A DNA stretch of 63,940 nucleotides, the filler included, from Bigelowiella natans CCMP2755 (lineage: Eukaryota; Protista; Cercozoa): assembly GCA_000320545.1 (NCBI GenBank). It is 5 parts of 5 records of this genome, joined end to end, with 100 filler letters (N's around TTAATTAATTAA, not from the genome) between each part and the next. Parts side by side here need not be neighbours in the genome. Positions count along the whole stretch, not along the records: positions 37,560 to 57,357 come from ADNK01002129.1; 4 more parts are not named here. The stretch is one strand, 5' to 3'. Shown here piece by piece: positions 40,442-53,947 of the stretch (position 1 is the stretch's first letter; every line of letters begins with the position of its first letter). The notes below the pieces were generated by a model. The model did no database searches and was not told the DNA's origin. It saw nothing but the letters and a program-made list of their open reading frames with translations. The position numbers and the translations under genes were made by a program.

Positions 40442-41842
40442 TCACGTACACCCACACTTCATATATACCATAAAAATGACGTTCAATTTCGGAATACCTC
40501 TCCAGTTGCCAGATCGAGGAAGCAATCAGCAGTATCGACGGGGAAGGATAGCAGCTCTATTATGTTGTTTTTATCGTCTTTGCTGGTCCCGCGTTGCTGC
40601 GACTTTTGTCGCATCATCCATTTTCGAGGTTTCCGCATGTTCTGCTTTCGAAGAGATGCGGAGAAAATGGCAGCAACCCTTCGCAGGAGACAAACAATCA
40701 CAAATTCAAGCAAGGCGTGCATACAGGAAGATCAAACGGAAAGGGGTGAAAGAAAGAGAGTCTCATAGAGGAGAGCAGAATACAGCAGGACTACTTTTTG
40801 TTTGTAATTTCAGAACGCACCCCTTCAAATTGACGCCCCATTTTGCGAAAGTGAATGACGCATCTGGATACTCTTGTATAAGAGATTGCCATTTAGTATC
40901 GCTCAAACCACCTGCCTGTGTGGGAGCGACGGGCTTCAAATGATATCATTTTGCACATTCATCAACAAGAAAAACAATCTGCAGTACTGTTTTAGTAATG
41001 TTCCTCCTCATCTCGAGTAGCAGCATGTCTGTTAACAAGATTACCTCTCCCCACCACTTAACTCGTGCTCGGTCTGTTGGATCGAGTGCCACACAATCGG
41101 GCTTATACCTAGAACGCAGCACAGGATGTAAAAGGAGGAGCCTGTTTACTCGCTACAATAACACGAACTACGCAAGCAATTACTCGCCCCTTTTATAAGA
41201 GGACCGCATTAGTCAGCTATAAATTTCACTAAGGTACCTTTGGTTTTCCATGAATCTCTCCACGCTTACGCCCCCGGGATATAGAGGCTCGTTCATAGCC
41301 CACAGCATTGCCTTCATCAGCACATGCTCTCTGGACTCCCCTTCCGTGGTTCGAGTATGCAAATCAGCAACAACGCAAATACACCAAATCAATATGTTTT
41401 TGTAATTTGACACTGAGGGAAGGGTATGGATAGCATGCCAACCCCCGTCTCAGAAGAAAGTTAGTCAGCGGCAGAGTACCCTACTTTACTATTTCAAGGC
41501 ACCTTTCTTCTTAATAAATAACTGCTCCCGGCCATCCTGCGTCCGTAGCGTCCATGAACACTCGATCTTCTTTGGAACATCAGCCAGGGTAAACCCACAA
41601 TCATTTGAAGGGGCCATAGATCTGCTGTCCTCTTGTTCGTCAGGGGGGGCAGCTAGTGAGGTGCCCTTCTCCCACACCTCAACCGTAGAGTGGGCCCGAA
41701 GATTAGCCAATCGCCAACGAAGTGGAGGAAATGCAATCTTGGGTGATTGTTGAATCTTCCCCCTAGAATGTATTCGTGCCCGATGAGATAGGGAGGGGGG
41801 GGCCGCGGCGGCCACGATGAGCAGGAGCCAGAAGCGAATCAT
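40169..41842 (-). CDS. YaeQ-related/PD-(D/E)XK-fold bacterial-type protein with signal + transit-like leader
   Basis: Spliced product: MIRFWLLLIVAAAA, then an R/S-rich stretch, then LFIKKK|GESREHVLMKAMLWAMNEPLYPGGVSVERFMENQ|RYKPDCVALDP..WWGE|AGGLSDTKW..YPDASFTFAKW..|..IELLSFPVDTADCFLD. Exons include 41503-41842, 41238-41340, 41045-41108. Family from recalled motifs; last exon boundary uncertain. Confidence 0.7.
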
Positions 41843-43788
<1,946 letters not shown>

Positions 43789-44831
43789 ATATTCGGTGAA
43801 GAGTTAATGAAATTAATTAGTCTCCAGTAACCTAAATCTTGGATCGGGAGGTTTTGTTAATCAGTCTTTGAGGATATTCTCGAGACCTGGAGTGGTAGCA
43901 ATCAGCTGTAATTCCAGCTCAGCCTCATGCTGTAAATGCCAAGCACGCTTGCATGTGAAATGCGGTCGAATGCGATCGTGCGACATCGAGTAGCTTGTGC
44001 TGTAATGAACCTGCAGAGTTGAATTGTATTCCATTAGAATTAGCAATATAAACTGCTAAAAACCAAAAATAAGAAATTGCAAGGAATCCATGAATTGAAG
44101 TTGAGACAGCGCAATGAATGTGTACATAGCATGAGCACGGCGGAGCGAGCTGCGTTCGTTCTGGTTGTTGGTCCGCTTCGATCAATAAGCCTTCGTCTAG
44201 CTGGATATCCATGCCATAAATGTTATGGCAAACTCAGGATTAGGAAGCTTTGCCATTTGCCATTCGACCTTGCCCGTGCAGCAGCATCTGGAACAATATA
44301 TGGGGAAGTATATGCATGCGCAACGACCATGTATATATTTAAGTCACATCTAGCTAGGGATAAAAATTGTCTAGTTGTACGTACGTGGTACCCATATATA
44401 TGAACGAACTGCTGCAAAATTCTGAGAAAATGATGCAGCTTCATTTTGCGTGCGTGCATGCGATGCTGCATGTATGGTCATCTGTTGTTATATGTTGTGT
44501 ATTGTATGCGCATGATCACGCACACATACATACACACACGCACACGTACATGCTGCATGTACATATACCGCAATATTGCTAAGTCACGCATTGGGGTGAC
44601 CATTGAATTTTTTTTTGATTTGTTCATTACATAGCACCCGCGTCTTGATCATGCGTACATGTGCACAAATGTGCATACACACAAATGTGCATGCATATAT
44701 ACAAATGTGCATACACACATTGAGCACTGGTGAAGCCGCAGCATTGCTTATAGCTACATTAGGGAGACCATCGAAATCATTTATTCGTTAAATCCGTCTC
44801 ACATATATGTATTAACATAAATTATAGGGAA

Positions 44832-44867
<36 letters not shown>

Positions 44868-44937
44868 TATATTAACGACACTGACTACTGAAAAGATTTA
44901 ATCATATCATTATACCCGTCTCATATAAACGACACGT

Positions 44938-45009
44938 GGGCCAGTGATCTAGTGGTATGACTCTTCATTAGGGTTGAAGAGGTCGAGGTTACAATTTCCT
45001 CCTGGTTCC
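44938..45009 (+). tRNA. tRNA-Pro(AGG)-like, probably pseudogene (degenerate T arm)
   Basis: Acceptor stem GGGCCAG/CTGGTTC; D-loop TAGTGGTAT; perfect anticodon stem CTTCA/TGAAG with loop TTAGGGT (AGG at 44970-44972); variable loop AGGTC. The T arm GAGGT-TACAATT-TCCTC lacks G53-C61 and TTC. A T-run follows. Confidence 0.75.
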
Positions 45010-45023
45010 AACTTTCTTTTACA

Positions 45024-45099
<76 letters not shown>

Positions 45100-45942
45100 C
45101 ATGGGCGGGGGTCGCAGCAGTATACGCCGTGTACGTACGTGATCGATGAGCTCGATCTGATTCGGCTCGATCATCCCATCATCAAAGCAAAATTAATATT
45201 CCGGCATTGCTTTAATTTATTGCATCGTTAAACCTTACAACAAACGCTTGGCGTGGTGTACGTCTACCCTTCTATGAAGACGACGGCACTCCAACGCTAT
45301 GATTTGTTTAGGAGCTTTCGCTTGAGTTCTGGGTCAGGGACCAGCAAATCCCCAAGGTTCTGAACAGTGTATGCATGGCAAGGACGACGCGAAGAAAGAT
45401 GTCCAAAGTGGAATGAGGTCTACACATGCTCACATGTCTTCTCCTACGCGTCATATATTGCGTGTGCGGCCAACTATTGCGATCGCAGAGACTGCTTGTG
45501 ATCTCTGTTATTAGTGACCTTAAACAACTCCGTGTTGACTTCGGCTGTCTTCCTATCGATTTCATTCTGACACAAATGCAATGGAGGAAACGGTTATTGA
45601 GTAATGCAGGAAGAACTTGGGAAGGCTGAGAAATGTGTGTGCAAATGGTCAACAACACGTAGAGCCATCTATTAGCACGATATACGAGGTAAAATATGTA
45701 AGGGGGGGGGGGGGAGGGGTAACAGTGCTTTTCGCTTAATTCTCCACATGCATGTTCCCACAACACAGTCCTGCTATCTTCTGTGCATGATTCTGATGGT
45801 GTGCGAGCCTACAATTTCCGTCGCAGAATCGACTCTCGTTGGTTGCTTATTATTGACTGCTGCTGCGGGATTAAGCATTGACACAAATTAGGCACGCGGA
45901 ATGCTATGTGAGGATTGCGCGCGCGCGTAGAGAGAGAAAGAG

Positions 45943-45997
<55 letters not shown>

Positions 45998-46381
45998 CTG
46001 TGTGCCCCTGTGTGCTTTCCGCCTTCTCACCACCCACCTTCCAACCACTGCTGATGATCGGTTATTTCCTATCACTCACTCGATGGTATTGTGCGCCGCA
46101 TCATCATCGATGCCGATGTCGTGGATGTTCCTCCCGCTGTTTGGTCACAGAGGCCTTTCAATGCTTTCACCGCGTCTCGTAGCATATCCCTGTCGCCTCT
46201 GCATATGATATCCCAATGATGATTGATGCCCTCATATTATTGTGGTTTTCCCTCCTCCTTCTTCCTCTTCCTTCTTCGTTCATATTTTTTGTCTGGAATC
46301 ACAACTATTGCTACCTATAACTGTAATCACACTTCCCCCCCCCCCTCTCCTCCTCCTCCTCCTCCTCAAGAGGCATTATCA

Positions 46382-46419
<38 letters not shown>

Positions 46420-46712
46420 AAGTACCGTCGTTCAATGCCATCATCCATCATTTGGGCTTCACTTGAGTAGTTGACAAGCAAGAAACCATCCAAACCCTGC
46501 TTTCTGACCGCTCGAATCACCGCCTAAATCCATATAATACAAATATATATATTATTCAATGTACATATGTCAATAAACTTATCAGCTGGCTGAAATCGCC
46601 ACGGATTCTCAATTATCAATAGGCGGGGAAACATCACCACCAATCACAGTCCGATTGGGAGAACACCTCCATTTGCAAAGGACGATCAAAGATGGTGGGT
46701 TGTGCATGTCAT

Positions 46713-46753
<41 letters not shown>

Positions 46754-46889
46754 TCGCAGCTTCGCACACCTGCGGGAGGGCCACGGCAAGAATGAAGCCC
46801 ATGACCCACACGTGTGGCCATTCTTCCAGAGGTATCTGTCTTTGCTTATCATCAACTACATCCGAGACGATTAGAGACCTGTGTGTGAG

Positions 46890-46933
<44 letters not shown>

Positions 46934-46999
46934 CACATATTATTGTAATTAGAAGCTCAATAATATATATACAAATTTATCCCAACATCCACATCGACA

Positions 47000-47965
47000 T
47001 CAACGGAAACACAACACAACAAAATGCAAGAACGAAAACGACACGAAAGACAGGGGGAATCTGAGGCGTGCGCCAAACTCCCACCACTCCAGAGCGCGGC
47101 CACCCTCGCCCGATTTCTTCCGGTGCCTGAATTTGCCCTGAAGGGCCTTCTGCCGCATGCGGTGGATTCGGATTTTCTTCTGAACTTGTGCGCGGCGTGC
47201 AGTCAGAGGCACTTCGTCGCGGGACAGCTGTTTGTGTTGTTTTGCGTAGTGGTAGTAAGGAATTGGGTAGGTAGGGAGAGGGACGGTAGAGGGGCATCAA
47301 GGTAAACATAATACGCACACACACACACACACAAACACTACAACTACAACTACAACTAGTATTGATGCTGCCAGGACCGTATTGACAAAGTGAAAGATAT
47401 TCTGTCGCTTTCGATAGGCCTGTGCCGCCATCCCCAGAGAGACGATGATCGTCAGACCGATGAAGGAGCTTATGCCGGTCGCCGATTCCCTCTCCTCATA
47501 ATCCATGGCATCGCCACCCAGCACTGTACCTTTCATCTGGTGGTAGTATTGTTGGTGATGAGGAGGGAGAAGAGGTGGCTGACTACCCACGAAACATGAA
47601 AAGGATAGTCATGCCGGGAAGAAAATAAACCGTGCCCCCCCCCCCCCCCTTTTTTTTCCCACTATCGACAACAAAGATAGCCAAACATCGGGAGAAAACT
47701 GGCAAAACTGGCACTCCCATCGCCATCATCATCATCGTGGGCTTCATCAAACGGGCAAGGGAGGGCGACGTTGCGTCTTAAACACCTCCTCCTGTGACTA
47801 CCAAAACTATTCGATTCCTCTGCTACTACTACTGCTAATTACTACTGCTACAAGTATTAATACTACTACTATTACTACTACTACTATTACTACTACTGCC
47901 ACTATCACCACAATATAATCTACGAAAGCTACTTAGTTCCTCTCCTCCTCCTCCTCCTCCTCCTC

Positions 47966-48002
<37 letters not shown>

Positions 48003-48858
48003 TACTACCACAATGGGGTCTGCTGCTGCATTTGACGGAAGAAAGTGTTTCCTCCTAACACCCGAAGTAGGCTCCTCCTCCCCCTCCTTCTTCTTCTTCT
48101 TCTTCTTCTTCTTCCTCTCCTCCTCTTCCGCGTCTTTCCCTTTGCTTGTGCTGCCATCCCCATCCTCACCGCCACTACCACCTCCCGAACCAGTCGCAAT
48201 TTCATCCAGGCAATATCGGGAATATCCTGCTGCTGCTGCTGCTGCCGCCGAACCGCTGCGACCACTGCACCTGCACGCTGGGCCTGGCTCATTGCTAGTA
48301 GTAGAAGAAGAAGAATCATCGCCGTCCTCATTGCCTCTTGTCGAGGTTGTATTGTCCTCATTACCCGCCTTGTTGCCAAATTGGTACAAGTACGGTTTGT
48401 TATCCGTAGCAGCAGCGCCGCCGGAGCGTGACGGGACGAAGATGGTTCCAGGGTGATGGCGGCTGCACAGCAGCGCGGCGAAGAAGTCAACGACCATCGG
48501 TATTGGGGTCTGATTCAAAACAAATGATCAAGAAGGGTGGGGACGGAGAGGAAGAGAGAATGAGATGTTTGGAATCTTGATGCCTCCCCTTCTCCTCCTC
48601 CTCCTCCTCCACCTCCTCCTTCTCCCCCCCCCCCTCCCGTTACACCTACAAACAAAGTGCAACAACCATGAAAGCATGCTTCTGGCGTTTCCATGCACAA
48701 AAGTGTGGCTCCCTCTTGCAGCCCTCGGTAGCGGAAAAGCATGTCCGTTCCATTGCAGTACCAGCTCCTAGCTTCACGCTACTCACAGAGCTTGCATAAG
48801 ATAGTGATTTCGAGTGAGTTACCGAGTGAAACATTTTGCTTTCGGATGATGATGATGT

Positions 48859-48898
<40 letters not shown>

Positions 48899-49092
48899 AT
48901 ATAACCATTCTAATGTGAGATTGAATTGTAAGCGATACGCAATATGTTGAAGAGTATATAATTTGGAAGGGGGGGGAGGGGGGGAGGGTGCCGCAATGGC
49001 AGTTACAATCGTACCCCAGCTCGCACTTGTTCCATCGTGCCTACGCATGTTATCCATAAAATCAAATTTAAAAAAGGAAATGGTGGCAGCGA

Positions 49093-49127
<35 letters not shown>

Positions 49128-50020
49128 ACAGCAATTGCCGTGGGGTTAAAAAATATCCAAAATCATCGAGAAATCGCTGTCTTGGGAAGCACTCATCCAT
49201 GTTTTTGCAACGGCAAACTTGCTCTCCCTTTTCTTTCCTCCCTCCTCCTGAGGCGGCTATGCACTAATCTAGGACTCGTTGGGTGGCCATCGTTGTAACT
49301 ACCCTTCGGTAGAAAATCTGCATCGCGCCAGAGCAATTCGTCGATGTCTTCGGAAGAGCAATGCCGCAGCAGCAGCTTCTTGCCGACTGGGTTGAAGAAG
49401 CATTGCTCGACGATGATGCAGCGTCATCAGCATCGTCGGTGTTAGCGACACAACACCCATCAAAATGCACGATATGATCATCTTCGGACATGTGGCCGAA
49501 GAAATCTACAGGGACAGCACCTGCAGCAGCAGTCTCACTGTCACCTGCCACCCCCCCTCGTTTCTCTTCCTTTTGCCCTTTCCTGTCTTTGCCGGCGGCG
49601 TGAAAGTAATCTGCCGTTCCAAACTGCAACCCCGATACAGGGACAATGGCGCTGAAGAGGGGGGTCGCGGCTGGGGCGACACGGGCAGTGTGCGAGTCCA
49701 GTGAGATCAAAAACCTTGCGAAATTGTCAATGTGTTCGGTTGTTCTTAAGGCGCGAAGGGAAAGGCTTTTTGAGGAAACCACGTTGTTTGCGCTCTCGAA
49801 TTGTTGTTGAGGCGAACGTGAGAAGATTTCGCGTCGAAGCTAGCGGCCATCGCATTTTTGGGAACATCAATGAGTTTATTTGCGCTCACATCTCTCAATC
49901 AAGGTGTTGGCGTGGTGTCGCTTCTGTGCGTGCTGCAGCAGTATAGCGAATCAGTATCTACATGTGTGATCTCGAGAGAAAAATGAGGGAGATAAAGGGA
50001 GTCGAAGGGCACTTGCACAC

Positions 50021-50061
<41 letters not shown>

Positions 50062-51468
50062 ACCCTCCATTGCTGTGGCCTGTTGCGAAGATGGCTCCTG
50101 GGTCCACTTTCAAATGCATTTCTCCTCGTAAATACTCAACGATGGAACGCAGGAAGCCCAGGTCGTCCAGGTTGCGCTCACGTGCTGGGGGAGGGGAGGG
50201 GAGGGGTGGGGGGGGGGGGGAATGAGAGATATCCTCATTTGACTGCTGTCAGGGGAAGAATTGAGACTGTGCTTTTAAGCAGATGTAGTTCGGGGAGGGG
50301 GAGGAGGGAATATAGTGACGGAAAACACCACGAGGATAGGATGTGCAGCACCACCTTGGCCACAGCATGCTCCGCCATTCCACGACCGTTTGTAGCCTTC
50401 TGCAGAGTAGGTGAAATAAGAAGGAGACAGTGAGAAGAAACAGATATACACCGCTACCATCCCTCCCCAAAATACCTGGAGTGACAAGAACCATTCCAGC
50501 CTTTTTCGTATATGACGAGAAGCGTCGGCGCATTGATTCCGCGGTCGATGTGAAGCCATGGATGGCGAATACGATCTACATGATCAAATCGTTACGTTGC
50601 AGCAAATTCAGGTCAAGTTCCTAGGAAGGGAACATTCCAACGGTCGGCAACGAAAATATCGGCGATGATCACTTTGTGTTTACATTTCCCAGCCACTTTA
50701 TGAATTTGAAATCGTCGGATCTTTAAGTACCGTGAATGTTTTTTTTTTATGAACATCTCCCATGTTCGATTTTGTACGAGCAATAGTGAGTACAACAAGG
50801 ATTCAGGAGCGTTCGCAGCATGTTATATCATAATACAATACAGTGCGAAGATGGAGCAACGGATGCGCTGCCACAGCCCCCCACATTCTCATATCAGTCT
50901 TTGATTTTTTAATGTGCCTAAATCTTCATATATTACCGGCGTGGTGTGGCCTTTCTCGCATGCGTCTGGGGGTATCTCGACGAAGAACTGCCTCACGAGA
51001 CCTTGGTGCGTGAGGTTGCGCGCAAATCTTCCACATGGAGGAAGCGTTTGCAAAATTGCGTTCTTGGAAGTGGAGGACTGGGAAGAGGGAGACGATTGGG
51101 CTCCGCCAACTGTTCCATACTGGCCCCAAGAGCTGAAAGCAGCCAACAAAAGTACAAATACATTTTCAGTGATGTTTTCCGGAGGCGGCTGTCAGTAGTA
51201 TCATCGGGTGTATGCTCCGGGTTTCTATTGTAGGAAGTCTGCACAGAAGCCGCTTCGACGATGAAACGAGGGCTTCATAGCATTCATAGTAGATAATTCA
51301 TACGTCTCCTATGGAGAAAGATTTGTCGACTTCAGCAGCGTTACTGGTACAGAGATCTAATTTTTCACGCTAGAGAATCTAAATCTGCCGCTGCTGCCAC
51401 CCTTTCTAACCCCCCTCCCGTGTGGACCTCAGAATCAAGAACGTTAGCAGGAGCACCGAGCTTCCCAT
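47000..51468 (-). CDS. LpqC/polyhydroxybutyrate-depolymerase-like alpha/beta hydrolase with signal peptide and C-terminal TM helix; 3' end uncertain (extra exons possible to ~45480)
   Basis: Spliced product: MGSSVLLLTFLIL|SNAAEV.. RQFFVEIPP..TP|IVFAIHGFTS..GMVLVTP|EGYKRSWNGGACCGQ|ARERNLDDLGFLRSIV..IFATGHSNG|GFLIS..FSAIVPVSG..PVDFFGHMSEDDHIV..WNKC..KHAFM|..VVDFF. Nucleophile GHSNG at 50066-50080. TM-like segment ISSFIGLTIIVSLGMAAQAY followed by RKR. Confidence 0.8.
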
Positions 51469-51773
51469 CTCCTTTAACTTTGCTCCGATTTTTAAGACTT
51501 ACGGAAGGACCGCGAAAGGTAGAAATATTTAATAAAACCAATCCGATTTGGTGATCAGAATACATTCAAAGCTTCAAAATCGCGCAAAACGCTCTGGCCT
51601 GCACCACAGATTTAGAGTCAGAACCGCTCAAAGAATTTAGTCTGAAAATGCTTAGATATTCCCCCGACGGAACAATACAGCGGAAAAAATCATGCGGAAA
51701 TGATCTTCAATATCCCTGCGACAAGACTTGCTTCAAGTCGCAGATTAAAATTGAAGTTGTTCTGCTGCCCGCG
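51469..51773. promoter_or_regulatory. Putative bidirectional promoter region
   Basis: About 305 bp between divergent starts; several CGCGAAA/GCGGAAA words. Confidence 0.4.
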
Positions 51774-53054
51774 ATGGCGGCCGAGCTCAAGAACACGTTC
51801 CCATCTCTCCACAGCAGCTTGGAAACCCCGCTTCTCCTTCGCCAGAAGCAAGTTGCTCTTCCCTGCAGATTCTCGTGCAAATGCAAGAGGATAAGAGGTT
51901 GTTCTTAGAGGGGGTGGGAGGTTGTCGTGAGAGCACAGGGGGTTCGGACAATGTCCGAACTGATCAAATATGAAGATCCGATATATTTTGTTAACGCAAC
52001 CTTCCTCGAAGTAGAAAACATCCCAACATGACTAAAATACTATCCAACATTAGGCCGTACGATGGCAGTGAAACCAGTTTATCGAATTCTCTGTGCATGT
52101 AAGTTCCGGAAGAAAAATGAACCAACGTGACTCGATTCTCCCGTCCTCGTTTTAAGAGTGAAGGCCTATTGTTTTTTCTTACTTGCAGGTGATGATTGTC
52201 GAGATTTCGTACGGTATTCGTTCTCCCATGCGAAAAAACCCCCAAATCTCCATTATGATGTAAGATCAACGAGTGTGCGTTGTATAACTACCTTCAAATA
52301 AACGCTCATGTCGAGTCAAGAATGCTTTCGAAATCAATACTTTTATGACGCCCTTCGAACTTCCTCTCATATATCCCTTTATATTATCTCATCAGGACTA
52401 TGTGGATCCGTACGGGAGCATTGATGTGGTGTCATTTTACAAGAACGACGTTGTCATCTGCGAGGGAGAGGATTTGATCGAGACGTACGAATAACCCTTC
52501 ATCCTTCATCTGCTTTGAGCTGTTGTAAGATTTCATCATTTGTTTTCCACAAAGATATTCGATGGTAAAGGGTTCGGGGTATGTGCGAATCATGGCGGGA
52601 TGCTGCAGCACGCCTCTGTTCTCTAGCCATGTAAAACGACATTAACACTTTTATGTCAGAGTTCTAAGGGTGATAACTGCTCCTTGCCTTCGATCTAATC
52701 CAATGCGTTTTCTCAAGGAATATATTCATCAGTCACCACTCTATCTGGAGTGTTTATTTATTCTCTTAGTATGGTTTGTTCCTTGCTCTATGCAGTCGCT
52801 TCTTCCGACGCTTGAGATCTTGGCTCCTAATATCGATCCGGAGGACCTGATGCGGATAGAGAAGCCGTGTCACCGAATCATGACCAAGTTCGCCCTCTTT
52901 CCCGCCCCGAAAACGCCCACTCCCTCCTGTCAGCTAAGCAATTTAAACTAACTGCTATTATTGAAGTTCTAGTTATTATGCTCTTGCACTTTGTCCTTCT
53001 GATTGAGATCCTATTATTGTTTGTGGTTGTGTTTGTGTTTGTGCCTATTGTCGC

Positions 53055-53085
<31 letters not shown>

Positions 53086-53290
53086 CTTCTTCTTCTTCTT
53101 CTGCTTCTGTCGCGTAACAGCCGGGTTTGGACTTTGGTACTGGAGCGTGATTCTGCAGCAGCTCTTCTGTTGCTGCCACTACTATACGAAGCGAAACCGA
53201 GATCCTGTGCCGTATTCTAAGGATGGGCCTGTTTTAGTGGACAGGGCCCGCTTGAAAAAAGTCAAAATCATGTTTGACGATGCCAAGTAA
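51774..53290 (+). CDS. GFA/CENP-V (Mss4-like) zinc-binding protein, DUF6151-like
   Basis: Spliced product: ..FSCKCKRIR|GRTMAVKPVYRILCA|CDDCRDF|..|DYVDPYGSIDVVSF..ICEGEDLIE|TYSMVKGSGYVRIMAGCCSTPLF..|..DDAK*. Cys pattern CxC..CxCxDC..CCxTP. An alternative upstream in-frame ATG lies at 51648. Confidence 0.7.
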
Positions 53291-53947
53291 GCCTGCGAAG
53301 CATCGTTTGTTGGCTAGATTATAAGATTACACATTTGCTATCAGCTATCGCTGAGATGTCATCATTTATGTTTAATATGTAATATGCTCAGTCAATGTAA
53401 ATCAGAAATAAATGTTTCAGTCTTAAGTAAAAACATGGAAGTGTATTCTGTACATAATGCTACTCTAGTTCAGTGACACGTCTCGCCATCTAGATCATAG
53501 CTGCATTGCCAATGTATATAAATAATTATTAAACTTTACACATCAGAGTCTATAATTCGTCGCACGCTGCAAATACGTCATGTTGTCACAATGTATGTTG
53601 TGGCACGCCTCGATCATGCACAGGAGCAGGCTATGTGCAGCTCATGCTGCTCATAGCTAGATAGGTGTAGGAAAAGTGAACTAGGCCCCCACCCCCTCGG
53701 ACGTACGCCCCCTTCGCGCAATGCTTCTATTCATTTATACCCCGCGTTATAACAGCTGTTTCGTCGTCTGTTATGCCTCAAGAAGGCGCAGCAAAACGCT
53801 AAGCGCTGACCGCGACACCATGTACACTAGTATAGTGTAAGTGCATGCATGTGTCGATCGAGCTAGTGGGGGTGGGAAAGCACACAATCTTAGGACATGC
53901 GACTGTCGAGCCGAACACTATCAGTACTGCAACCAGGTGCCCATTCG

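Noticed and set aside
44794-44927. CCGTCTCA(C/T)ATA words (also reversed near 13533) resembling Stowaway MITE ends
   Set aside because: The local copies are direct rather than inverted, too short, and have no clear TSD.
44968-44975. TTAGGGTT telomere-like word
   Set aside because: Single copy, explained by the tRNA-Pro anticodon loop.
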